Numbered from the stretch's first letter, positions 18,555 through 28,589 are shown. The stretch is 64,000 nt of DNA from an uncultured delta proteobacterium (GCA_963775425.1 CAVZJB010000017.1:64001-128000), one strand, 5' to 3'. The notes: a model not told the origin generated them from the sequence alone. Program-made: numbers and translations.

Positions 18555-18575
18555 CCGCTCCGGTCGCTTCACCCT

Positions 18576-19679
18576 CTACGAGGGCATGGTCGGGCCGCCG
18601 TCGATGCGGACGCCGACGTAGGACGGGAAGCGCGGGACGCCGTCGTTGGTGAGCTCCTGGTAGCGATAGGTGATGACCGCGCCGATGGGCGGCGGGCTCG
18701 CGCGCTCGGCGTCCGACAGGCCGGTGCCGACGTTGAACGTGATGCCGTTCGGCATGCGCACCACGAGCGCACCCACGCGGCCCTTGTGCTTCCCCTTGCC
18801 GGGCTCGTGGGCGATGACGGTGGCCTCGGCGTCGTGAAACGACTTCACCTTCAACAGCGACGAGCTGCGCCCCACCTCGTACGTGGAGCCCGGGCGGCGC
18901 AGCATCAGCCCCTCGCCGCCGAGAGACTCCACGCGCGCCAGCTCGGTCTTCAGGTGCGACAGCCCCGAGCAGCGCTCGTGCAGGTGGGCCTCGGCGAAGC
19001 CGAGCTTGTTCTTGCCGACGTGCTGCTCGACGTGCTTGAGCCGCTCTTCGAACGGGGACGCCAGGTGCGGCGCGTCGAACACCAGGTAGCGCACCTGCTT
19101 CCACGCGTCGCTCATGTCGCCGCGGCGCACGACGCTGATGGTCTTTTGGAACTGCTTGCGGCCGCCCCAGAGCTCTCCGTCGAGCGGCGTCTTCGGCAAG
19201 CCCTCCACGAACCAGTCCGGCGCCAGGAACGGGTTGCCGAGCCGCGAGATGAACCCGCTGCCGTCCCAATAGGCGCGCACGCCGTCGAGCTTCTCGCTCA
19301 TCCACCAGCCGACGAGGTCGACGTCGTTGGCCCACTTGTGCGCGAGCAGGAGCGGCGGCGCCTTGCCGCCGCCGGCAGTCGATCCCACATGTGCGGAACT
19401 GTTGCCGCTTGACGAGGTGGACGGCTTCGACGCTTTCGGGGTCTTCGAAGCGACGCCCCCGGCGGCGCCCGCGGAGAGCGGCACCCCGACGCGCGCGGCT
19501 TCGGCCGCCTCGCCGCGGAGCTTCTTCAAGTGTTTGCACGTGCGCCGGTCGAGCGTGCCGCCCTGGTGGCGCCACGCCGGGCAACTGCACGAGTACACGC
19601 CGCCGACGTTCTTCAGGACGTACGGGTCCCTGGCGGAGCCCTGCACCTCGACGGACTCGCCGTCGGCCAGATCAGCCAT
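18576..19679 (-). CDS. Minimal ATP-dependent DNA ligase with N-terminal SWIM zinc finger
   Basis: ATG 19679 with GGAG RBS; YSCSCPAW...TCKH SWIM motif; SEKLDGVRAYW, LDGELW, GEGLMLR, LLKVK, VGTG, PRFP. Confidence 0.92.
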   Translation of the reverse strand: MADLADGESVEVQGSARDPYVLKNVGGVYSCSCPAWRHQGGTLDRRTCKHLKKLRGEAAEAARVGVPLSAGAAGGVASKTPKASKPSTSSSGNSSAHVGSTAGGGKAPPLLLAHKWANDVDLVGWWMSEKLDGVRAYWDGSGFISRLGNPFLAPDWFVEGLPKTPLDGELWGGRKQFQKTISVVRRGDMSDAWKQVRYLVFDAPHLASPFEERLKHVEQHVGKNKLGFAEAHLHERCSGLSHLKTELARVESLGGEGLMLRRPGSTYEVGRSSSLLKVKSFHDAEATVIAHEPGKGKHKGRVGALVVRMPNGITFNVGTGLSDAERASPPPIGAVITYRYQELTNDGVPRFPSYVGVRIDGGPTMPS

Positions 19680-21849
19680 GGTCTCCTCCCTCGATGGTGT
19701 ACGTGAGCCGTCCGCCGCCCTCGACGACGCGGTTCTCCTCGAACGCGTCGTGCCCGAGCACACCCTCGAGGAGCGCGTGGATCGCGGCGCGGTCGTCGGC
19801 GAACACGGTGGTGAACATCAAGCCCGCGCCTTCCTTCTGCAGGTGCGAGACCACGGCGTCCATCTGCACCGCCCACTGCGTCGGCCGCGCCGACGCGAGC
19901 AGCGCGCGCACGGTGACGCGGGCGCCGACCGGCGGGACCTCGTCGCACACGATGAACATCCCGCCCGGGCTGATGTCCGACGAGCGCGCGGCGATGTCCT
20001 TGCCCTCGTGGGTGAGGATGACGTCGGAGAAGAAGGCGCGCCGCGGGGTGCTGCGCTGATCCGCGGGCGAGGACAGCGGCGCGGCGCCGGCGAGGCCGGT
20101 GATGAGCCAGGCGTCGAGCCCACCCACGTATCCCTTGAGGTCGAGCCCGCGCACGAGGCGCGCCTCGACGTCGTCCTTGACGAGCTCGTAGGTCTCGTTG
20201 CTCACGAGCACTCCGCCCGGCGGCGCTTTGCCCTCGAGGCGTGACGCGAGGTTCACCGGGCGGCCGATGGCCGTGTACTCGAGGTGGTGGCGGCTGCCGA
20301 TGCTCCCCACGAACACCTCGCCGGTGGCCACGCCGATCCGCACCTGCAGCGGCTGCAGGCCGCGTTGCACCCAGGTCTCGCCGAGGCGCGCGGTGGCGTT
20401 CTGCATCTCGAGCGCCGCGCGCACGCAGCGGAGCGCGTGGTCCGCCTGCGGCACCGGGTCGCCGAAGAACGCCATGATGCCGTCGCCCATGATCTTGTCG
20501 ACGGTGCCTTCGCTCTTCAACAGGATGTCGACCATGGTGTCGAGGTACGTGCACAGGAGCTCGACGATGGCCTCCGCCGGCAACGTGTTGGACAGCGTGG
20601 TGTAGCCCTTGATGTCCGAAAACAGCAGGCTGATGGTCCGCGAGTGGCCGCGGATGTCGACGTCCTCGGGGTGCTCGAGGATCTTGTCGAGGATGTGCGG
20701 CGCCACATAGCGCTCGAAGGCCGCACGCAGCTTCTTCTCCTCGGAGTCGCGCATGGCGAGGTTGAGCACGGTGCCCACCACGAGCGCGCCCAGCGCCCCC
20801 GCCGTCGGCGACGCCAGCGGCAACCACACCGCGTAGGCGTACGCCCACGTCGCGAGCGCCCACAGCCCCGCCGTGGCCAGAACGGCCAGCGCGGACCCGG
20901 GCAGCGCGCGCAGCCGCGTCGCGCACAGGCCGACCGTCGACGCGAGCCACAGCGTGAGCACGAAGACCAGCCACGCCGGCGGCTCCTCGAGGACGCGATC
21001 GTTCATGAGGTTGTCGAGGAGGTTGGCGTGGACGAGCACCAGCGGGCGGTCGTCGAACAGCGGCACCGGCCCGCGGTCGCCGATGCTCTTGCTCGTCTGG
21101 CCCACGAGCACGAGCGCGCCCGTGAAGAGCCGGTCGAGGTCGATGTCGGGCTTTTGCCCGGTCTCGAGCGCCTGCTGCGCGAGGAGCACGTCGGCGAACG
21201 GCACCGTGTGGATGTGGAGCGAGCTCACGGTGCGGTAGTCGACCCACGCGCGGTCGCCGCGGCCGGGGCCGTGGGCGGGCGCGCCGCCGACGCGGGCGAC
21301 CGCGACGGCCAACGCGGGGAACGAGCGCCCCGCCGAGTCGAGCGAGAGCGGCACGGAGCGGAACACGCCGTCGACGCCGTTGTCGATCTGGACGTGGGCG
21401 CTCGAGGCGGCCGCCGACGCGAGCGCGGGGATGGGCGGCTCGATCTTCACCGAGCCGTCGGACAGCGGCGTGAGCTGCGCGGGAAATACGACGCACGCGC
21501 ACTTCCTCGCGGCGCGCGCGAGGGCGCCGTCGTTGTCCTCGTCGGTGGGGTCGAGGAAGAGGATGTCGAAGCCGACGGCGCGGGCGCCGTGCGCGCGCAC
21601 GGCGTCGATGAGCGCCGCGTGGAACGCGCGCGGCAGCGGCCACTTGCCCAGCGTGTCGAGGGTGCCGTCGTCGACCTCCACGACGACGATGTGCGGATCG
21701 AGCGGCTCTTCACCGCGGATCGCCAGCCGCGCGTCCAGCGTCTGCTGCTCGAAGCGCGCGAAGACGCCGGCGGCGGCGGCGGCGAACACGACGACGCCGA
21801 CGATGGCCCCCGCGGGTGCGCCCGACCATTTTCGCCAACGGTTCGCCAT
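19672..21849 (-). CDS. CHASE2-domain class III adenylate cyclase with C-terminal PilZ domain
   Basis: N-terminal TM; WPLPR...GFDILF...DGVFR...HANLLDN CHASE2; 3 TMs; FSDIKGYT, DKIMGD, YTAIGRPVNLASRLE; RSTPR and DISPGG PilZ motifs. Confidence 0.92.
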   Translation of the reverse strand: MANRWRKWSGAPAGAIVGVVVFAAAAAGVFARFEQQTLDARLAIRGEEPLDPHIVVVEVDDGTLDTLGKWPLPRAFHAALIDAVRAHGARAVGFDILFLDPTDEDNDGALARAARKCACVVFPAQLTPLSDGSVKIEPPIPALASAAASSAHVQIDNGVDGVFRSVPLSLDSAGRSFPALAVAVARVGGAPAHGPGRGDRAWVDYRTVSSLHIHTVPFADVLLAQQALETGQKPDIDLDRLFTGALVLVGQTSKSIGDRGPVPLFDDRPLVLVHANLLDNLMNDRVLEEPPAWLVFVLTLWLASTVGLCATRLRALPGSALAVLATAGLWALATWAYAYAVWLPLASPTAGALGALVVGTVLNLAMRDSEEKKLRAAFERYVAPHILDKILEHPEDVDIRGHSRTISLLFSDIKGYTTLSNTLPAEAIVELLCTYLDTMVDILLKSEGTVDKIMGDGIMAFFGDPVPQADHALRCVRAALEMQNATARLGETWVQRGLQPLQVRIGVATGEVFVGSIGSRHHLEYTAIGRPVNLASRLEGKAPPGGVLVSNETYELVKDDVEARLVRGLDLKGYVGGLDAWLITGLAGAAPLSSPADQRSTPRRAFFSDVILTHEGKDIAARSSDISPGGMFIVCDEVPPVGARVTVRALLASARPTQWAVQMDAVVSHLQKEGAGLMFTTVFADDRAAIHALLEGVLGHDAFEENRVVEGGGRLTYTIEGGDHG

Positions 21850-21930
21850 CGCCCGCGACAGTAGCACCCGCCCGGGTGACGGCGGACCGCTTTGCCGGCG
21901 GCTCCAGGCCGCGGCCCCGGCCGCGCCCGG

Positions 21931-24867
21931 CTACATCCAGCGCAACAGCTCCGCCGTGCGCAGCTTCGATCGTGCGTCGTCGCCGCGGCGGGCGCCCGAG
22001 GGCAGCGGGTTCTTGAAGTGGTCCGCCGCCACGGCCGTCGGCTTGCCCTTCTCCGTGGCCGCCTTCTTCTTGCGCTCGGCGAGCGCCTTGGCGAGCACGC
22101 TCTTCACGTCCTGCTCGGCGACGGTGAGCTTGCCCTCCTCGGACGCGCGCCCCGCGGGGGCGGCGACGGCCACCTTGTCCTTCTTGGGCGCGCGCTCGAA
22201 GCCGGTGGCCAGAAACGCCGAGACGCCGCCCGCCGCGAGCGCAGCGTCGAACGCCTCGACGGCCTTCTTCTCGTCGCCCGCCTGCGTGTAGGCGATGCCG
22301 AGGTTGGTGAGCACGTCGCCCCGGTGCGCGCCGGCGCCGTCCAGGATGGCGCGGTAGCCGACGACCGCCGCGGCGTGGTCGCCGGAGAGCACCGCGACGT
22401 TGGCGAGGTTGTTGCGGGCCGCGACGGAGCCCGGCTTCTTCGCGAGCGCGGCGTTCAGCACCGCGCGCGCCTTGTCGACGTCACCGCCCTTGGCGAGGAG
22501 CGCGGCGTATTCGCCGGCCTCGGGCGCGGCGGCGTTCTTCTTCACGGCCGACGCCAGCCGGAGCAGCGTGGCCTTGCGCGAGCTGTCGCGCTCCGCGACC
22601 ACCTGCCGCACCTCGTCCGCGGCGCCGTCCTTATTCGGGTCGGGCTTGGCGATGGCAAGGCCGGCCGCACGCGGGAGCGCCGCCGGCGGATAGCTCGCCC
22701 AGCCCGTGCGCGTCTCGACGACGGTGAGGCCGTCGGCGCGACTCCTGGCGGCCCGCTGCACCGTGCTCGCGCCCTCGGCCCACGCGTCGCGGAAGCTCCG
22801 GCCGAGCATGGTGGTCTCCACCGGGATGTACGCCTTGCCGTCGCGCACGATGATGCGCTTGTCGTCGAAGGTGACGCGCTCGAGCGAGTCCGCGGGCACG
22901 CCCGCGGCGACGCCGACGAGCACGTGGCCGGGCACCAGCAGGAACGCCGTCTCGACCCCCACGGCCTCGAGGAGCGACGCGTACAGCACGCTGAGGTCGT
23001 CGCAGTCGCCGGTGCGCAGGCTCAAGGTCTCGCGCGGGAATTGGACGGTGTCGAGCGTGGCGGCGTTGGCGGAGACCACCGGGTCCTTCACGTACTTGAG
23101 GTGCGCCGCGCTCATCGCCTGAAACAGCGCGATGGCCTCGTTCATCGCCGGGGGCAGCGTCTCGTCTCCGTCGACGAGGGCCGCGTGCGCGAAGTTGCGG
23201 ACGTTCTCTTCCTGCGGGGTGACGAACGCGGTGATGGGCGTGCCCTCGCTCCAATCGATGGCGCGCCGGCCGTAGACGATGAGCGGCACCACGCGGCGCG
23301 CCGTCATCTTGCCGCCGCCGACGGTGTACTCGACCACGACCTCGGCTTGCGTCGGCGTGTTCTCCTCGGTGGCGAACACGGTGGCGTTGTCGAGCGTGAT
23401 CTTGAGCGGGATGTCCTTGGCGACGCCGGGCTCGACGGTGCCGACCACGGTCTCGCTCTTGAGCTGCATGAAGCGGGGCACGTAGACGGAGACGGAGACG
23501 TCGGTGGCGGCGGCGCCCTTCTTGTCGCTGTGGCGGAGGGTGATGTGCCCGACGGGGTGCTCGGCGTAGTAGCCGAGCTTGGCCGGGAAGAGGTTTTCGA
23601 GCTTGAGGTCGTCGATGCGCAGCTCGGCCACCGGCATGTCCACCGCCGGCGCGCGCGACCTGGCCGCGGTGGCCGCGCGCGCGAGCGCCTCGTTCTTCCC
23701 GCGCGAGTGGGCGCGTGCCACGGCGGGGAGGAAACCGTCGTCGAGCTTCTTCACCACCTTGGAGACGAGCGCCGGCAGCTCGTCGAGCTCGCCGGTGCCG
23801 CTGGCGACGAAGAGCTTGCCGTGGCCACCCGGCGCCCGCGCCGTGATGCTCAGCGCCACGTTCTTGCCGGCGCCGGTGGCCTCGATGGCGAGGTCGACGT
23901 CGGCGTCGCTCTTGTTGTCGACGACGTCGAGGAAGGTGACGTTCTCGAGCTCCGCGGCGACCAGGTCGGGGAGCACGCCCTTCACCCACTGGCCGCGCGC
24001 GGCGAGCTTGACCGAGGGCGGGAGCAGGAGGGCGCCGAGCTTCACGCCCCGCTTGATGTCGTAGCGCGCCAGGATGGACGACGCCGACGTCTGCACCACC
24101 TCGAGCGGCAGCGACCCGTCCTCGAGGCTGGTGGCGAGCGACTCGGCGTCTGCGGACGACGCGAGCTCGATCTTGGTGATGCCCCGGCCCGACTGCCGCA
24201 CGGTGACGTCGCTGATGCCGCGCGCGCGCTTGAGGCCGCCCTTGAGCGCCTCGATGCTCTTTCTGTCGGGCATGCCGTGCACGACGAGGTCGATGCTCTT
24301 GGGCTTGCGCGAGAGGCTTGCCACCGAGGTCTTCACGCGCTTGGCGAGCTCATCGCCGACCGTCTTGGCCGCCTTCTGCGCCGCGCCCGCGTCGGAGAAG
24401 TCGCTGCCCTTGGCGTCCACGGAGAACGCGTCGACAATCTGGGCGGTGTCAACGCGCACCAGCTTGGCCACGGCCGCGGCGCGGTAGCCGGTCAGGCCCG
24501 CCTCCGCGATGGTGCCGATCTTGGTCATCTCGACCTGGCCGAGGATGACGACGTCGGCGTCGAGGGACGACAGCACCTCGGGGATGGAGCCCGACAGCGC
24601 CATGCTCACGGCTTGCGCCTTCCTCAGCTTCTGCGCCATCTCGCCGCTCACCAGGCGGTAGCCGTCCTTGTTGAGCGACGCCGTCAGGGCCACCTCCGCG
24701 GACGTGGTGGTGGCCTTTTTGCCGTCAACCGTCTCGTCGAGCACGACCACCACCCGCGGCAGGTCGGCGGCGCGGGCGGCGCCTCCGGCGAGCGTGGCGG
24801 CGGCGACCGCGATGGCGACGGCGAGGAACGAGCGCGGCGGCGTTTGGGGGTTGCGGGTGAGCTTCAT
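21931..24867 (-). CDS. Secreted multidomain protein with transglutaminase-like domain and TPR repeats
   Basis: Signal peptide ending AARA; CsgG/FlgT-like N-terminal part (weak); QFPRETL...GDCDD...PGHV...PVETT; TPR-type ARNNLANV, LTNLGIAY. Confidence 0.82.
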   Translation of the reverse strand: MKLTRNPQTPPRSFLAVAIAVAAATLAGGAARAADLPRVVVVLDETVDGKKATTTSAEVALTASLNKDGYRLVSGEMAQKLRKAQAVSMALSGSIPEVLSSLDADVVILGQVEMTKIGTIAEAGLTGYRAAAVAKLVRVDTAQIVDAFSVDAKGSDFSDAGAAQKAAKTVGDELAKRVKTSVASLSRKPKSIDLVVHGMPDRKSIEALKGGLKRARGISDVTVRQSGRGITKIELASSADAESLATSLEDGSLPLEVVQTSASSILARYDIKRGVKLGALLLPPSVKLAARGQWVKGVLPDLVAAELENVTFLDVVDNKSDADVDLAIEATGAGKNVALSITARAPGGHGKLFVASGTGELDELPALVSKVVKKLDDGFLPAVARAHSRGKNEALARAATAARSRAPAVDMPVAELRIDDLKLENLFPAKLGYYAEHPVGHITLRHSDKKGAAATDVSVSVYVPRFMQLKSETVVGTVEPGVAKDIPLKITLDNATVFATEENTPTQAEVVVEYTVGGGKMTARRVVPLIVYGRRAIDWSEGTPITAFVTPQEENVRNFAHAALVDGDETLPPAMNEAIALFQAMSAAHLKYVKDPVVSANAATLDTVQFPRETLSLRTGDCDDLSVLYASLLEAVGVETAFLLVPGHVLVGVAAGVPADSLERVTFDDKRIIVRDGKAYIPVETTMLGRSFRDAWAEGASTVQRAARSRADGLTVVETRTGWASYPPAALPRAAGLAIAKPDPNKDGAADEVRQVVAERDSSRKATLLRLASAVKKNAAAPEAGEYAALLAKGGDVDKARAVLNAALAKKPGSVAARNNLANVAVLSGDHAAAVVGYRAILDGAGAHRGDVLTNLGIAYTQAGDEKKAVEAFDAALAAGGVSAFLATGFERAPKKDKVAVAAPAGRASEEGKLTVAEQDVKSVLAKALAERKKKAATEKGKPTAVAADHFKNPLPSGARRGDDARSKLRTAELLRWM

Positions 24868-24999
24868 GGCGCCGACGACGCTAGCACGCACCCCACCCGG
24901 GCCCGCTGTGACCGCCCTCGCCTCCGCTGTCGGGTGATGTCGCACGCGCGGGACATATCGCTTCCGCACGGGGCCACGGCGCACGCTATCGTCCGCGAA

Positions 25000-26664
25000 A
25001 TGCGACACGCCGTCTCCTTTGCCGCTCTCGGGCTGCTCGCCCTGCTCGCCGCCGACGCCGCCGCTGCGACGCCGATCACCATCGTCGGCACCTCGGACCT
25101 GCACGGCAGGGTCGAGCGCACGCCGGTGCTCGCGGGCGCGCTGACGGTGCTGCGCAAGGAGGTGAAGGACGAGGGCGGCGGCGTGGTCTTCGTCGACGCC
25201 GGCGACCTCTTCCAGGGCACGCTCGAGTCCAACCTCGTCGAGGGAAAGAGCGTGATCGCCGCGTACAACATCATCAAGCCCGCCGCGGCCGCCATCGGCA
25301 ACCACGAGTTCGACTACGGCCCCGCCGGCCCGCTCACCATCCCGCGCACCGCCAAGGACGATCCGCGCGGCGCCCTCAAGGCGCGCATCCGCGAGGCGAA
25401 GTTCCCGTTCCTCGCCGCCAACCTCATCGACGAAAAGACGGGCAAGCCCGTGGCGTGGAGGAACACCAGGCCGTCCACCATCGTCACCGTCGCAGGCGTG
25501 AAGATCGGCATCATCGGCGTCACCACCATCGAGACGCCGCACACCACCACGGCCGCCAACCTCAAGGGGCTCGAGGTGACGTCGCTGCGGGAGGCCGTGG
25601 CGCGGGAGGCTGACCGCCTGCGCAAGCGTGGGGCGGTCGCGGTGGTGCTCGCGGCCCACGCGGGCGGCGCGTGCAAGGACGTGGAGCACCACGACGACAC
25701 CTCCTCCTGCGACAAGGAGGCCGAGATCTTCACGCTCGCCACCTCGCTGCCCAAAGGCATCGTCGACGTCATCGTCGCCGCGCACACGCACCAGCAGATC
25801 GCACAGAACGTGAACGGCATCCCCGTCATCGAGTCCTGGGCCAACGGCCGCGGCTTCGGCCGCGTCGACCTCGACGTCGACCAGAAGGCGCGCACCGTGA
25901 AGGTCCTGGCCATCCACGACCCCCACGCGCTCTGCGTCGACGACAGGGCGCCGGTGTGCGTGCCCGCGGACTACGACGGCCACAAGGTCGTCCCCGACAA
26001 GCGCGTCGCCGCGGTGGTGGCCCCCTACGTGAAGGCGGCGGAGGAGGCGCGGCACAAGAAGCTCGGCGTCACCGTCATCCGCGAGGTGAAGCGCGGCTAC
26101 GACACCGAGAGCGCGCTCGGCAACCTCTTCGCCGACCTCATGCTCGACGCCGCCCACGACGCCGGCTGGCCGGCCGACGTCGCCATCATGAACGGCGGCG
26201 GCATCCGCGCGAACCTGCCCGCCGGCGACCTCACGTACGGCCAGGTGTTCGAGATGATGCCCTTCGACAACCGGTACGCGCGCATCTCGGTGACGGGGAA
26301 GATCCTGCGCGAGTGGCTCGAGTCCAACCTGGGCGTCCGCAAGGGCGGCATCCTCTCCGTGGCGGGCGTGGTCGCCGACGTCTCGTGCGAAGGGAAGAAG
26401 GCGCACGTCACGCTCAAGCACCCCGACGGAAAGCCGCTCGCCGACGGCGACCACGTCGACATCGTCACCACCGACTTCCTCGCCACCGGCGGCGAAGCCA
26501 CCAAGCTCCCGCAGGGCGCGGTCACCTACGACGAGGGCGACCCCATCCGCGAGTACGTCGCGCGCGCGCTGCAGAAGCGCTTCCACTCGCTCGACGGTGA
26601 CGACGGCAGGCTCTTCGACCCGGCGCACCGACGGCTCCGACCTGGCCGCTGCAAGGCCATGTGA
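25000..26664 (+). CDS. Secreted bifunctional metallophosphoesterase/5'-nucleotidase
   Basis: Signal peptide; TSDLHG, DAGD, GNHEFD, AHTH, NGGGIR, PFDN. Confidence 0.93.
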   Translation: MRHAVSFAALGLLALLAADAAAATPITIVGTSDLHGRVERTPVLAGALTVLRKEVKDEGGGVVFVDAGDLFQGTLESNLVEGKSVIAAYNIIKPAAAAIGNHEFDYGPAGPLTIPRTAKDDPRGALKARIREAKFPFLAANLIDEKTGKPVAWRNTRPSTIVTVAGVKIGIIGVTTIETPHTTTAANLKGLEVTSLREAVAREADRLRKRGAVAVVLAAHAGGACKDVEHHDDTSSCDKEAEIFTLATSLPKGIVDVIVAAHTHQQIAQNVNGIPVIESWANGRGFGRVDLDVDQKARTVKVLAIHDPHALCVDDRAPVCVPADYDGHKVVPDKRVAAVVAPYVKAAEEARHKKLGVTVIREVKRGYDTESALGNLFADLMLDAAHDAGWPADVAIMNGGGIRANLPAGDLTYGQVFEMMPFDNRYARISVTGKILREWLESNLGVRKGGILSVAGVVADVSCEGKKAHVTLKHPDGKPLADGDHVDIVTTDFLATGGEATKLPQGAVTYDEGDPIREYVARALQKRFHSLDGDDGRLFDPAHRRLRPGRCKAM

Positions 26665-26683
26665 CCGCCGTTGCGCGCAGCCG

Positions 26684-28483
26684 CTACTGCACCGACGACA
26701 GCGGGACCGACGCCGTGACCGTGCGCGTGCCGGGCATCGCCACCGGCTTTGCCATGTGCTCGGCCAACGACGTCGCCGCCGGGAGCGCCTCCGGGTAGCG
26801 CTCCTTCATCAGCCTCTCGAAGAAGTCGTCGAGCACCGGGAACTGGTTCACCATGGCGGTGAAGTCGTCGCGCGACATGACGAGGACGTCGACGGGCGTC
26901 GTGGCGCGGACGCTCGCCGCGCGCGGGGTGTCCTCGAGCAGCGCCTTCTCACCGAAGACGTCGCCCTTCTTGCAGGTGGCGATGGAGTGCTCGGCGGTGC
27001 CGTTCTCGGCGGGCTGGAACACCTCGACCTCGCCCGCCTTCATGATGAACAGCTCGCGACCAATCTCGTGCTTGGCGATGATGATCTCGCCGGGCTCGTA
27101 GTGGTCGACGCGCAGGCGGTCGGCGCGCATCGTCTGGATCTGCGTGATGTCCCGCGGGAAGAAGAGATCGAGGGTCCAGTCGATGGTGACGCGCAGCCGC
27201 CTCACCAGGCCGGGGAGCTTGGAGAGGTACACCGTGCGCCACGCGAACCAGGCGATGAAGCCCTTCAGGTGAATGCCCATCATGTCGGCGACGGCCTCGC
27301 GCCGGCCGAGCGACGCGAGCATCCCGAGCGCCTTGAAGTTGAACTTCTTGAGCGGCCGGCCGTCGATGCTGGCGACGATGTTGTACGCGCACGTCTTGGC
27401 CTGACGGATGGCGAACTGCGCGGTGGCCGGGCACAGGCTCTCGGGGTGGAAAGGATCGGGGACGCCGGCGTTGTCGCCGACCGCCCAGTAGCCGGGCTTG
27501 CCCGTGCAGCCGAGGGTCAGGTCGGTCTCGAACACGCCGACGGCGCGACCGTGGGACTTGCCCTCGACGAAGCCGCCCTTCTTGAGCGCCTCCTTGGCCA
27601 CGGGGTTGGCGGCGTTGCCGACGGTGCAGATGAAGGTGCGCGTGGGGAGGAACTTGCCGCTCTTGAGGTAGACACCGTGTCGCGTGGCTGCGCGCACGCG
27701 CTCCTTGAGCAGGAGCTCGACGCCGCGCTTCCTGAGCGCCTTGGTGGCGGCGGCGCCGAGGTCCGGCTTCATCTCGGGCAAGAGCACGTCACGCGAGTGG
27801 ATGAGCATCATCTTCACTTCGCTGTGCTCGATGTTGTGGAAGGACTTGATGCAGCGGTGGAGCAGCTCCGAGAGCTCACCGATGGTCTCCACGCCCGAGA
27901 AGCCGCCGCCGGCGACGACGAACGTGAGGAGCGCCTGCTTCTCGGCGGGATCGTCCTCGATGTCCGCGAGCTCGAGGCACTGGAAGACGTGGTTGCGCAG
28001 GTTGAAGGCGTCGCTCAGGTCCTTCATGGCGAGCGAGTGCTCGGAGACGCCGGGCATGGACGAAAAGTCGCTGACCTTGCCGAGGCCGAACACGAGGTGG
28101 TCGTACGGGACCTCCACGAGCTCGCGCCCCTCGCCCTGTGCGGCGAGGACCACCTTCTTTTCGCAGTCGACGCCGATCACCTTGCACCACCGGAACTGCG
28201 CGTCGGGGACGATGTCGCGGATGGGGTTGACGACGTGCGTGGCGCTGACGCCGCCGGCGGCCACCTCGGGCAGCAGCGGCTGGAAGACGAAGTAGTTCTC
28301 TTCGGACAGGAGCTCGACGTGCACGTCGCGGCGCCCACCGAGCATCTTGCTCAGGTACTTGGCGCAGTACACGCCGGCGAACCCGCCGCCCAGGATGACC
28401 ACCCGTTGCTTGGCCTCGGCGATGCGCTTCAACAGCGAAGGCGGACCCGGCTTGGCGACGGCGATGCTCGTGTGGTCGGTCAT
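26684..28483 (-). CDS. Type II NAD(P)H:quinone oxidoreductase (NDH-2) fused to a C-terminal cNMP-binding domain
   Basis: GGGFAG, FQPLLPEVA, GGGFSGVE, AVGD, AQFAIRQA, GFIAWFAW; C-terminal FGEKALLEDTPRAASVRA phosphate-binding cassette. Confidence 0.93.
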   Translation of the reverse strand: MTDHTSIAVAKPGPPSLLKRIAEAKQRVVILGGGFAGVYCAKYLSKMLGGRRDVHVELLSEENYFVFQPLLPEVAAGGVSATHVVNPIRDIVPDAQFRWCKVIGVDCEKKVVLAAQGEGRELVEVPYDHLVFGLGKVSDFSSMPGVSEHSLAMKDLSDAFNLRNHVFQCLELADIEDDPAEKQALLTFVVAGGGFSGVETIGELSELLHRCIKSFHNIEHSEVKMMLIHSRDVLLPEMKPDLGAAATKALRKRGVELLLKERVRAATRHGVYLKSGKFLPTRTFICTVGNAANPVAKEALKKGGFVEGKSHGRAVGVFETDLTLGCTGKPGYWAVGDNAGVPDPFHPESLCPATAQFAIRQAKTCAYNIVASIDGRPLKKFNFKALGMLASLGRREAVADMMGIHLKGFIAWFAWRTVYLSKLPGLVRRLRVTIDWTLDLFFPRDITQIQTMRADRLRVDHYEPGEIIIAKHEIGRELFIMKAGEVEVFQPAENGTAEHSIATCKKGDVFGEKALLEDTPRAASVRATTPVDVLVMSRDDFTAMVNQFPVLDDFFERLMKERYPEALPAATSLAEHMAKPVAMPGTRTVTASVPLSSVQ

Positions 28484-28589
28484 GATGCGTGCCTCGATGC
28501 CGCGGACGGCGGTGAATACGGGGCGGCACGCTAGCACGTTCCTCGCGGACCGCCGTGCGGGCTCTCGCGTTCCACCGTCAGCGCTCGGT

